Source: a virus. Taken from it: a stretch of DNA of 40,780 nt. Made by a program: the position numbers and the translations under genes. This document shows positions 1 through 9,700 of the stretch, in pieces; within the stretch, counting starts at the first letter, position 1, and every line of letters begins with the position of its first letter. The notes beneath the pieces are model-generated. The model made no database searches. It worked only from the letters and a program-made list of their open reading frames with translations, and had not been told where the DNA came from. The stretch spans positions 1 through 40,780 of IMG/VR virus record IMGVR_UViG_3300045988_047143; one strand, given 5' to 3'.

Positions 1-99
1 CCCCAAATCAAGACGGCGAGGGCTAGGAGGAATACCCCCCCCCGTCCGGAACCGCCGCGTAGGGCGCGGTCAGGGCGGTGAACGCGCCCACATTCAACA
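1..99. repeat. Terminal direct repeat, copy 1 (identical to 40682-40780)
   Basis: Base-by-base comparison of the first and last 99 nt shows they are identical. The repeat contains a C9 run at 45-53. Confidence 0.95.
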
Positions 100-271
100 G
101 ATCCATGATCTCCTTCTCCTCTCCCGTGACGAGTGTCATGTCATTGACATGCAATACGTCGGTGCCCTGCGGCTGGACGTTGGCCAGTGCGGGTCGCACC
201 GAGAACGAATCCCTTATGCCCTGCACATGGCTTACTTCGGCCGACAGGATTGAGGTCCGCCCGGCAGCCAT
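23..271 (-). CDS. Hypothetical distal tail / fibre-associated protein (about 82 aa from ATG 271; the ORF is open to a TTG at 298)
   Basis: Third-codon-position GC (GC3) becomes high from ATG 271 onward. It lies in the tail-distal gene string. The C-terminus ...PDGGGYSS is encoded across a G9 homopolymer (45-53). Confidence 0.5.
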   Translation of the reverse strand: MAAGRTSILSAEVSHVQGIRDSFSVRPALANVQPQGTDVLHVNDMTLVTGEEKEIMDLLNVGAFTALTAPYAAVPDGGGYSS

Positions 272-618
272 GGCGAATTCACACTTTTTGCCTGGCAACC
301 AATACTTTCGTCTTCCTGCCGTGCTGTAAGAATGTTGACGGTCATGTCGACGAGCGCCGTGGCTTTCAAGGCGAGGCAGAGGCGGCAGTCCAGCAGTTTC
401 GTGACCCGATCGATGTCCGCGTTGGACTGAGATGCTCCGATGTTGATGTCCTGGTTGGCGAGGATGTCGAACTCGGTCTTTTCGGTCGTGCCCTCATTGC
501 TTCCGGTGTTGAGCGTGAAATGCCCGTCACCGTCCGAAATCCTCGCAAACCACCTGACTTTGATCATGTCGTTGCCTCTGGCCGAGGATGGTTTCACCAT
601 GAGATTCCTGACTCTCAT
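232..618 (-). CDS. Hypothetical distal tail protein (128 aa)
   Basis: The ATG at 618 directly abuts the upstream stop (TGAATG). Coding GC3 is good for most of the ORF but decays over the last ~25 codons, which overlap the next ORF by about 40 nt. Confidence 0.55.
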   Translation of the reverse strand: MRVRNLMVKPSSARGNDMIKVRWFARISDGDGHFTLNTGSNEGTTEKTEFDILANQDINIGASQSNADIDRVTKLLDCRLCLALKATALVDMTVNILTARQEDESIGCQAKSVNSPWLPGGPQSCRPK

Positions 619-1224
619 TCACAGCTCCTTTCCTGTCAAAAGCTTCCAACCATCCCATTCCCTGCGCCACACCTCGCGGATACGGTCGATGAGGAAGCAC
701 ATCACGTTCGCATCATCACCGACTGCGCCGGTGTAGTATTTCAGCCCGTTATGCAGTTTTTCGGTGCGGCACCACAGGCTGCCGACCGGAACCGTCGAAG
801 GCTGGTCGGGCTGGACGAGAATCTGCTTGGCGCCCAAAGCCTTATCGCCTTCGCCAATCGACACGTGACACGGGTTGAACGCGTCCTGTTTGAGGACGGC
901 GAGGAAATTCGAAGCGTCGGAAACGAAGCTCACCGTGCCTGCATTGATGCTCGCCACGGTGGAATCAGCCGTGGAAAGCGTCAAGGACGCGTCCTCGATG
1001 TGACCGTCCGCGAAGACTTTCTGCGCGGCCACCTTGACTTCCGGATGGTCGGCATAGAGTGCCTGAGCCGTGAAATCGACCGGTTTGAGCCATACGTCCA
1101 CGAGTGTTTCGGCGGCTGGCGGCCACACCTGCACGCCGTTGTAAAGCGCGTTCATCGGCACAGGCACGCCATTATTGGCCCTATACGGGAGGCCGACTTT
1201 CACGCCGTTGAGCAGTACAGCCAT
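619..1224 (-). CDS. Hypothetical tail/baseplate-distal protein (201 aa)
   Basis: Long ORF in the tail gene string, tightly packed with its neighbours. Confidence 0.7.
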   Translation of the reverse strand: MAVLLNGVKVGLPYRANNGVPVPMNALYNGVQVWPPAAETLVDVWLKPVDFTAQALYADHPEVKVAAQKVFADGHIEDASLTLSTADSTVASINAGTVSFVSDASNFLAVLKQDAFNPCHVSIGEGDKALGAKQILVQPDQPSTVPVGSLWCRTEKLHNGLKYYTGAVGDDANVMCFLIDRIREVWRREWDGWKLLTGKEL

Positions 1225-1227
1225 TTG

Positions 1228-1983
1228 TCACGCCTCCTGAGAGGAGGCGGAATCGGTGGAATCGGTCGGCATGGTATCCGTCCTGTCCTCGCCAGACACG
1301 TCGGACGCCTTGTCCTTCACGCTCTTCACCGCCTCGTCAATCGCCGTCAGAGCCTCATTCGCATGGGATTCCACGACCGTTTTCGACTCGGTGATGCTGT
1401 CGGCCACCGCCGTCACCTGCGCGCTGGCGGCCTGTGAAGCGTCGGACGCGACCTGAGCGGCATTCGCCGCCTGAGCGGCCATGGCACTCTGAGCCTCCAC
1501 CACGGCACGCGCACCGGTCAGATCCTCCAGGATCTGCGAAGCCACCGTCTTAGCCTGACCCTCCGGATAAAACACCATCTGACCCGGATTCGCCGCCGAC
1601 ATGGACTGCGCCTCCTGCAAGCTGGACGCCAGCAGATACGTCAACGCCGCACCAGTGTTAAGCTCCGGAGCCAAAGTACTCGCATCCACATCCACCAGCG
1701 ACGTATACTCGACAGTGCTGGTGGAAGACGGCACCTGCACGACGCGCTCGAACGAACTATTCGTATCATCAGGAAATTCGTTTACCCTCCACGCGAAAGT
1801 GTTGTCGGTCGGCTCAAGCTGCACGGTGGCGGTGCCGTCCGAGCCAAGCGTCACATCGAATCCACCCTGCACGACCACGGTCGATCCGGAAATGTGGCGT
1901 CGTACCGGCGCGACATGCAAAGTACCGGTCTTCGGCCTGCCTTGCGCGTCCTTGAACGAAAAATGGACATTAGTCGCGGCCAT
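1228..1983 (-). CDS. Tail fibre-like minor structural protein (251 aa)
   Basis: Beta-rich N-terminal half, then an Ala/Gln/Ser-rich coiled segment (AQSAMAAQAANAAQVASDASQAASAQV). It sits downstream of Tal. Confidence 0.65.
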   Translation of the reverse strand: MAATNVHFSFKDAQGRPKTGTLHVAPVRRHISGSTVVVQGGFDVTLGSDGTATVQLEPTDNTFAWRVNEFPDDTNSSFERVVQVPSSTSTVEYTSLVDVDASTLAPELNTGAALTYLLASSLQEAQSMSAANPGQMVFYPEGQAKTVASQILEDLTGARAVVEAQSAMAAQAANAAQVASDASQAASAQVTAVADSITESKTVVESHANEALTAIDEAVKSVKDKASDVSGEDRTDTMPTDSTDSASSQEA

Positions 1984-2146
1984 TGTTTTCCTCCTTGTTC
2001 ATGGCTTCGAGCACGTCGGCTGGAATCAGTTTCATCGCCGCCGACAATTGACTTTTCAAAATCGCGAGTTCCCTTGAAAGCTGGCCGACCTGCATGGAAA
2101 GCTGGCCGATCACCTCGTTCGCGTCAGCAGGAATCTGCTGCATCAT
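1970..2146 (-). CDS. Small coiled-coil protein (58 aa, start MMQQIPAD)
   Basis: ATGA overlap with the upstream stop at 2143. The longer 74-aa version has an implausible N-terminus. Confidence 0.45.
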   Translation of the reverse strand: MMQQIPADANEVIGQLSMQVGQLSRELAILKSQLSAAMKLIPADVLEAMNKEENNGRD

Positions 2147-2718
2147 CCCTCCTTTATTGGTGGCATGAGCGAAGCGAAGAACCGCTCCTCGCATTCGTCA
2201 AGCATGTTTTTATTGGAATCGTCGTCCAGAAATTCATCCAATCCGTCGATATTCCGCGTGCAGGCCACGTCGATGCCACTCGACGCTTCCGCATCGGAAC
2301 CGTCAGCAGTCAATGCGGCACGCATTCGCGCGTCGATCTCATTAGACATGACAGGCAGGCTCATACCCTCACGGGTCTTGTTGCGTGCGGCTGTCAGCGG
2401 ATCGTCCAACACTTCCCCATCGTCGGCGAGCATGCTCACCCCGGTAGCGGAATCCGCCAAAGCCGACTCCAACGCTTCGAACGCTCCAGTCCACACGCCC
2501 CTGCCGGTCTTCGGGTCATACCGGCGCACGTCCTCCCTGCCCTGCATGATCGCCGCGATAGCCTCACGGGTCGAAGCCAATCCGAGCAGCGCCTTCCACG
2601 ATGCGATCACCTCGGGTTGGAACACGAAACTGTCCGACCCGTTCACCGGCGGATCGCATCGGATGATGCACAATCCGTTCTCGTCCATTTCAAAAGTCGA
2701 TGACAAGATCTCCTCCAA
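2143..2718 (-). CDS. Hypothetical tail-associated protein (191 aa, acidic)
   Basis: The ORF follows Tal immediately (stop and start are adjacent). Confidence 0.65.
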   Translation of the reverse strand: MEEILSSTFEMDENGLCIIRCDPPVNGSDSFVFQPEVIASWKALLGLASTREAIAAIMQGREDVRRYDPKTGRGVWTGAFEALESALADSATGVSMLADDGEVLDDPLTAARNKTREGMSLPVMSNEIDARMRAALTADGSDAEASSGIDVACTRNIDGLDEFLDDDSNKNMLDECEERFFASLMPPIKEG

Positions 2719-5700
2719 TCATTTGACCAGATAGGCGAGGTATTCGGCCCACACTTCGACCGGGCACGGCTGGTCGGCGTTGTAAAGCTTCATTTGGAAG
2801 CCGCTCTGGCCGCCCGTGTTTACCGGATGCGCGATGATGCCTGCCCATTGCGAATCCGCGTTCGCGACGACGTAATAGCGTCCGAATTTAGTCGGGCTGA
2901 ACGTGCAGTTGACTTGCGTTGATGCGCCGGTCGCGATCGTGCTGCCGGAATTCGGCCACCACGCCTTCCACGCGACCGCGCCTCGGAACGTGAAACGGTT
3001 CGTGATGCCGCCAAGAAAGCCACCGAGATACACGTATCCGGTCGCGATATTCGCTCCGATTCCGACCGAACCGTTCCCGTCTTCGGCTTCGAGCCACACG
3101 CTCGACCCATCATTGGCATTACCAGTCAATCGCAGAAATGCCTGACTTTTTTTCGTAATGTCAGGCTCGTCGTAATCCGTATTCGCCACCACCTTCACAG
3201 TGGATGTGACGCCACCACTGCCGGTACCGCCCCTCTCGCGTGGCTTCGACTGGAGTCTCAGGAAAGCGGCCGGATCGTTCTTCGTGACGTGTCCGCTCCA
3301 CAAGTCCAGCTCGCTCATCGAGCCGACCAGATTCGACTGGATGGCGGACGCGACCGTCGGATGACTGTAGTAGGCGGCGGAGTCGTTGTAGGCGGGGAAT
3401 TCCAATCCGTCGCCGGTAAAAGTCTCCGAACCGCCGATTATGTACGACTGGTAGTCCGGGCTGATGCGCACGCGATGCCCGCTCGTGCGGGTCTGGAAAG
3501 TGCCGGTCAGCACATTCGACTTGCCCTCGCCATCAAGATATACGGTTCGGTTGTGGTTGGAATCCCACATTTGCAGGCCGGTCGAATTGAGCTTAAAGCC
3601 GGTGTTCGCCGCATCGGAGCTTTGGAATATCGCGCCGGTGAACACATAACCCTTGAATTGGCCTGCCTCGACGTCATCGGTCACGATTTTTCGAGCCTTG
3701 AGCAGTTCGGTCAGAATTTCGCCGTTGCCGATGTGCACGTTTTTCGCTTCGATGCTGCCGTCCTTGATGAGCACGCCGCCATTAACGCTGCCCGGCACGA
3801 GCAGACTGTCCGCCACAAGCGTGTAAGCGGCGAACCTCGTCCCATTCCACACGTTGACGGAACCGATATGGCCATTGACATCAAGCTTGTACCACAGGTC
3901 ACCCATGCTCAGCCCGCTATGGGACGGCTCATACATTTGAGCGAAGATCCTGTTCTTCCCGTCGGCGGTGGTCTTCGCGGCTTTCGCCTCGGCCTCGGCC
4001 TCGGCGATGTCCTGATTGATGGAATCCAAAGTCTCCTGCGGGACTGCACTCGCCACCGTCACCGCAGCGATGGACGACCAACCGGACTTGTTGCCGGCAT
4101 GGTCCACGCTGCGCAGCGCGTATCTGTGAGTGCTGCCGACGGTCAGACCCGTGACGACGTAATCGCCTTTGCCGGACTGCGTGGCGCTGATGACCTGCAT
4201 GCCGGAAGCTGCCGCATCCTCCCCGACCTCGATATGGTCGAAATCCGATTCCATCGACGTGCCAGTGCTTGTCTTGCCATCCCAGTGGATGGTCACCACG
4301 CCAAGCTCGGACGACAATACCGGCTTCGACGGCATGGAGCATGGCGTCACGTCCGATTCGACGGTGGTCACGACGATGCTTGACCATTCGCCGAGCTTGT
4401 CCGAATACGTCGGCACAGCCCTGACCCTGACCTCGATTTGCGTGCCGCAATCCAAGCCGCCGAAACCAAGCTGCGTCTTATCGGTGGTGCCAGCGGAATG
4501 CCAGGGCGCGCCATCCTTGTGCAGCTTCCACTCGACCAAATAATTGGAGATCTCGATGGCGGTGTTGTTCGTGGCCTGCGTGACCGCGCTCCACATGGCG
4601 GTGGCCAGACCATGCGCATAACCGTCCGAGCCGATGTAGGCGTCGGTCTGCACAATCAATCCGAGCGGCGCTTTCGGCACGCGATGGTCACGGTCGGACG
4701 AGGCGGTCGTGCCGCCCTCGCTTCCGGCCAATGCGGCGCCACCTGTGATGCCCTTTATCTTCTTCGCCTGACGCACGGAAGCGTCATACTTAATATCATT
4801 CAGAGCGATTGAGCAGGATAGGCCCTCGTTCTGGCGCATGCTCAGGTCGATTTCCTGCACGCGCACCTTCTCCCCATGGGTGATGGTCGGAGCCGTAATC
4901 CAATCGCCGGCATGATAGTCGACGAGCGGCAGACTGTCCACGTCGCTGATGACCAAATCGCGCGTGTACTGGCCACGCACCCTCGCCGCATCAGCCAAAG
5001 TGGACTGCATAAAGGCTTGAGCGGTGTCCTTGTCGGACACGCCCCCCTGCGAACTGTAGGATTCCCACTTGCCCCAAGGCGTCGGAGCAGCCGGATTATC
5101 CATGCGGAAAAGCAGATTATTGTCACCCTCGACAAGGATGGTGCTGGCCAGATCGGCGATGGACTCCTCGAAGGGTGCCTCGCTGATGTCACGCGCCAAT
5201 TGCAGCACAATGCTCTTGCTCAGGTCACGGCTCAATGCGGTGCTGTCCGCATTCCACATCTTGAGCGTCCTACCGGTGGTGCGCCAATCGCAGCCGCCAC
5301 CATTGACAAGAGACGACAGGATCGTCTGCAGATCCGTGCCGAGACTGTAATAAAGCGTGTATTTCCTCGCCCATGCAGCGCCGCCCGCGTCCTTCGCCGT
5401 ATCGAAGCCGAGCGACAGTCCGGTGGCCACGCCGCCACGCTGCTTGTTCTCGTCGAGCAGCGTTTTGAGGATCACGCCCGGATTTGACGAATAGAAGGGC
5501 CTCTTGCCCTTGTTGTCGCCGTCCGTTAGCAGATGGCTGGAATCATTGTTTTCAGCCTTGGACAGGAGCCAGCTGATCGACTGTCCGCTGTAGGTGACGG
5601 TGCGAGTCCGGTCATCGGTCTTGCCGGATCGTCCGGTGATGACGAACCGCGCGTTGTCCGGCTCGCGATAGCCAGTGCCGTCAGACACCTCCACGGCGAC

Positions 5701-5895
5701 TTCCAGCCCGTCCGTCAGCTCTCGGTCGAACGCCTGCGCGTCACCCGACAGCAGCGAATACTCGATGCTGATGGCTCCGTCATCATTGTGCAGCATGGAA
5801 GCGCTGAAGCTCACCGGCTCCGCCAAGACGCCGATTCGAGCGCCGAAGGGCCTGTAGGCCACGAGACGCGCGTGTAAAGACTTGCCCATGATCAT
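2719..5895 (-). CDS. Tail-associated lysin-like / receptor-binding tail protein (Tal/RBP), roughly 1058 aa
   Basis: Position after Dit, with an N-terminal prophage-tail-type region. Two FN3-like repeats (...VRVRAVPTYSDKLGEWS... and ...YALRSVDHAGNKSGWS...), an AEAEAEAKAAK coiled linker and a large C-terminal domain. Start at 5895 (TGATG overlap) or 5889. Confidence 0.8.
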   Translation of the reverse strand: MIMGKSLHARLVAYRPFGARIGVLAEPVSFSASMLHNDDGAISIEYSLLSGDAQAFDRELTDGLEVAVEVSDGTGYREPDNARFVITGRSGKTDDRTRTVTYSGQSISWLLSKAENNDSSHLLTDGDNKGKRPFYSSNPGVILKTLLDENKQRGGVATGLSLGFDTAKDAGGAAWARKYTLYYSLGTDLQTILSSLVNGGGCDWRTTGRTLKMWNADSTALSRDLSKSIVLQLARDISEAPFEESIADLASTILVEGDNNLLFRMDNPAAPTPWGKWESYSSQGGVSDKDTAQAFMQSTLADAARVRGQYTRDLVISDVDSLPLVDYHAGDWITAPTITHGEKVRVQEIDLSMRQNEGLSCSIALNDIKYDASVRQAKKIKGITGGAALAGSEGGTTASSDRDHRVPKAPLGLIVQTDAYIGSDGYAHGLATAMWSAVTQATNNTAIEISNYLVEWKLHKDGAPWHSAGTTDKTQLGFGGLDCGTQIEVRVRAVPTYSDKLGEWSSIVVTTVESDVTPCSMPSKPVLSSELGVVTIHWDGKTSTGTSMESDFDHIEVGEDAAASGMQVISATQSGKGDYVVTGLTVGSTHRYALRSVDHAGNKSGWSSIAAVTVASAVPQETLDSINQDIAEAEAEAKAAKTTADGKNRIFAQMYEPSHSGLSMGDLWYKLDVNGHIGSVNVWNGTRFAAYTLVADSLLVPGSVNGGVLIKDGSIEAKNVHIGNGEILTELLKARKIVTDDVEAGQFKGYVFTGAIFQSSDAANTGFKLNSTGLQMWDSNHNRTVYLDGEGKSNVLTGTFQTRTSGHRVRISPDYQSYIIGGSETFTGDGLEFPAYNDSAAYYSHPTVASAIQSNLVGSMSELDLWSGHVTKNDPAAFLRLQSKPRERGGTGSGGVTSTVKVVANTDYDEPDITKKSQAFLRLTGNANDGSSVWLEAEDGNGSVGIGANIATGYVYLGGFLGGITNRFTFRGAVAWKAWWPNSGSTIATGASTQVNCTFSPTKFGRYYVVANADSQWAGIIAHPVNTGGQSGFQMKLYNADQPCPVEVWAEYLAYLVK

Positions 5896-6713
5896 CACTC
5901 CCAGGAAGGTTTGAATCGGCACGTCACAGCAGACGCGCCGGACTGTTTGACCTGCAGCGTGTAGCTGCAGGAATCGACGGCAGGCCACACCTGCAACGGT
6001 TCGCCCGTCCAGTCGACGCCGGACGTCACATCCGTGCCGCCAGTCCAAGCGTTATCGCCGTCTGCGGTCCACGCGCGCCGATTACCGGTATCAAGATAAA
6101 GATTCGACGCATTCGACCCGTTCCACTTGATATCCGTGCCGGTCACCGGGTCGGACACGGTCGCGGACGACACGTTAGAAAAACGAAGGATGAGATTAAG
6201 CAGCGGAGCGTTGGAATCCCATCCCTCACTGCCGGTCTCCGCGTTGCCGTGAAGGAAGACGCCGCCGGAAGCGGGAAGCGTGGCAGTCTGCCAATCACCC
6301 TGCCAAAACACGTCAGGCAGTTGGAAGACCGCCGTGGCGGCACGATGATCGCTCCACGGTATCTCGTCACCGTCCGGCTGACATGACGTGCACACAGCGC
6401 TAGCGGTCATGCGGCGCGTACGACCGGTGGACGTGTCACGCTCCACGCGGGTCAGAGACGATGCGAGACGGCAAAGACGATAGAACCGGTGCATGAGCGC
6501 GTCCGCGTTTAGCCCATCGGTGATGAATTTGAGCGTGATTTCTGGCGCGTCGAAAGCCACTGGACCGGGCGGAAGCATCACACCACTCCTGCCATTCACG
6601 CTGACCGAATCGATGCGAGGGCTGATGCTCGTGAAATGGGTGGTGCCGACGATCAGACTCGCATGCTCACCGGTCAGCTGCTGACCATTGATGAGATAAT
6701 CCGTGAGAATCAT
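5895..6713 (-). CDS. Distal tail protein (Dit-like, siphovirus tail component), 272 aa
   Basis: Lies immediately downstream of the tape measure gene, with typical size and position. Confidence 0.75.
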   Translation of the reverse strand: MILTDYLINGQQLTGEHASLIVGTTHFTSISPRIDSVSVNGRSGVMLPPGPVAFDAPEITLKFITDGLNADALMHRFYRLCRLASSLTRVERDTSTGRTRRMTASAVCTSCQPDGDEIPWSDHRAATAVFQLPDVFWQGDWQTATLPASGGVFLHGNAETGSEGWDSNAPLLNLILRFSNVSSATVSDPVTGTDIKWNGSNASNLYLDTGNRRAWTADGDNAWTGGTDVTSGVDWTGEPLQVWPAVDSCSYTLQVKQSGASAVTCRFKPSWE

Positions 6714-6731
6714 TGCACCACCCTTTCCATG

Positions 6732-9700
6732 TCACCATTGCGGCATTGCCGCCGTCTGCAATTTCTGCTGCGTGCTAATGCTTGTCGGAGCGATCGCCGG
6801 ATAATTGAATGTCTGAGTGACGAAGGTGTTGCCACCGGAACCACCTGCCGGCGTCCCGTTCGTGACATTCGTCCTACCGGCCTTCGACCCGTCGACCTGC
6901 CCATCCACGTGCACGGTCATATCCTTCACGGCAGCCCGCACGCCTTCCAAGCCGGATCTGATGCCGTCGCTGACATCCTTGGCGACATTGGCTCCGAACG
7001 AGTCCCCGGCATCCGGCATCGACATTCCAGCAGTGTCGAACGCCACGTCGAAACCGCCGGACAGTCTTGCGTTCATTCCGTCGATGGTTTTCTGCACGCC
7101 ACGCCAACCATTTCTCAGACTTTTGTCAAAGCCCTGCATGATCGCCAAGCCAGCAGGCTTAAGCATCACCTTGTCGTAGCTGAGCGGACCCTTATGCCTG
7201 ACGATCCAATCGCCGATGCCACTCACAAAGCTCTTCACTCTGCCGAAAGCCGCCATCAAACCATTGAGCAGACCATTGATGATGCTCGCGCCAGCATTCC
7301 ACAGCCACGCGCCAGCACCGGCAAAGCAGCCCATGATGGCACTGCCGATGCCACCAAGGAAGCCAAGCACACCCTGCACGACACCATGCACGATCTGGCT
7401 GAAACCGTTCCATGCCTGCTGCCAATTGCCGTGAATCAGACCGGTCACCAGATTGATGACACCCTGGATCACATTGACAATGCCGCTGACAACCGAAGCG
7501 ATTCCACTGATGACGCCCTGAATGAACGGCAGCATGGCCTGCACGGTCGGCAGAAGCGTCGTGCCGATGAAACCGACGATCGCGGAAATGATGCCGGACA
7601 CGAGCGGAACCAACGCCTGAATCACGGGCATAAGCGCTTGAATCACACCAGAAACAATCTGGCCCACACCCTCCACAAGTGGTGCGAGTCCTTGGATCAA
7701 TGGCGTGATGGCATCCACCATGCCGGTCACCAGACCGCTGATCTGCGAAATCACAGGTGTAAGCGCCTGCACCACAGCCGTGACCACGGTGATGACGCCT
7801 TGGATGACAGGCACCAAAACGCCCACCAAGGCGGAGATTATCGGCGTCAGCAACGGGATTATCTGACCGATCACATTCGTGATCACCGGCATGACCGCCT
7901 GCACCAGCTGATTCAGAGCGTCCATGAGCGTCTTTATCGACGGTTGGAGCGTCTGGAAAGCCTGCTTGAGGCTGTCAAGGACGCCGGTGAGCATCGTCCC
8001 GAATTCGCTGCGCAGTTGCGGGCTTGTGGCGATAAGAGCTCCGATCATCGCGATGATGATGCCTATCGGCGAAGCCAATCCTCCAAGCAAGCCGGTCAAA
8101 GGCTTAAGCATGCCGCCGACAAGCGGAATGTTAGCCAGCAATCCACCGAAACCGCCGGCGCCCAACGCGGCCAAAGCGGCTGCGACGGGGGCGATGATCC
8201 CGCCAAAATCCGAAAAAACGCCACGAACGGCGTTGACGGCATTCTGGAAAGGAGCCGGCAAAGTCGACACAAGAGTGTCGAACATTCCAGGAATCGCATG
8301 AACGAAACTCTTGATGATGACACCGACGCGAGGAATCACATTCTTAGCCGCAGCCATCACCGAGTTCACGAGATTCTGCGTGACCGCATCCATGTCCGCG
8401 TCGCTTTTGCCAAGCTCGGCAAGCCAATTCGTCCAAGCGGCCTTCATCGCGCTGACCGACCCCTCGATCGTCGACGCGGCCTCACGAGCAGTAGTGCCAG
8501 CGATATGCTGCTTCTCCTGGATCTGCTGAATCGCCTGAATCACATCAGCGAACGAATCGATGCTCAGATTGGAAGCCTCACCGTTCGCCGCCCCCCACTC
8601 GTTGGCGTCCTTGATAAGACGTTCCATCTCCTCATTGGTACCACCGTAGCCAAGTTTGAGATTGTCGAGCATCGTGTAATTCTGCTTCGCGAAACCGTTG
8701 AACGCGTTCTGCACGTCCGTCGCGCTGCTGCCGAAAGTGTTGATGTTGTCGGACATGGCGCGCATCGCAACGTCGGTCATGTCGGCGGCCTTCTTGGTGT
8801 CGCCGCCAAGAGCGTTGATCAAAGCCGCGGAAAAGCTCGTAGCCTGCTCCATGTACGCGTTCGCGCTCATGCCGCTGGTCTTCCACGCATTCTGCGCGTT
8901 CGCCATCACGGTCTTCTGCGCCGCCTCGTTGCGTTCCCAGTCGGCACGCACCGATTCCGCGCTCTTCCCGGCCTGCTTGGCATAATCGTCCAAAGACATG
9001 CCCATATTGCCGTAAAGTTTCGCGACGCCACCGCTCAGCTGCTCGTAATCACTGTAGCTTTGGAACGCCTGCTTGCCGAAATCGACAAGCTTCGCACTGA
9101 CGGCGGCAATGCCGACGCCGACGGCAGTGACCACGCCTGTCGCCATGTTTTTGACATGTTCGACGGCCTTTGACGAGATTTCCCCGAACTTCTCTCCAAC
9201 ATTCGAAGCGAAACTACCGACAGTCTTGCCGATAGAGGCGAACCCACTGCCAAAAGCGGAGACGGTGGACCTTACCCCTGCCGGCAGACCATCCCACATG
9301 CGTCCTAAAGCGCCCTTGACGGCACCGGCGGTTTCTGACGCGACTGACTTGACGCCGCCGAAAGCGCCTCGTATGACTGTCGTCGCGCCGGTGAACGCCC
9401 CACCAACCGACTTTGCGGCCGAGCCAATCGATTTCACGGCAGAGCCGACCAGAGGAATCTTCTGCACAAGTCCGGAAACACCGGAACCGATGGTCGAAAA
9501 ACCAGTCTTGAACGCGTTCGCGGCGGCACCGAAACCAGTAGCGGACTTAGAGGACTGCGCCGCCAATTCGGCTTCAAGATTCTTCAGACGTTCCTTGGCG
9601 CCCTTCAGATTCTCGGTCGACGCTTTCAGGGTGTCGGCTGCTGTCTGCTGTTTCAGCTCGGCTTGCTGCAGTCTGATCGCCGCGGCCTGCGCCTGAGTGG

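Noticed and set aside
1-99. A biological direct terminal repeat or pac-type terminal redundancy.
   Set aside because: An exact 99-nt overlap with continuous gene order is more simply an assembler overlap of a circular molecule. Packaging genes of the HNH/cos type point to cohesive ends elsewhere.
6636-9173. An 845-aa plus-strand ORF antisense to the tape measure gene. Similar long antisense ORFs lie at 187-1437, 3289-4383, 16925-18148, 19330-20391 and 22739-23728.
   Set aside because: These are typical high-GC shadow ORFs: Arg/His/Gly-rich low-complexity translations with no RBS. Each is fully overlapped by a well-supported gene on the other strand.
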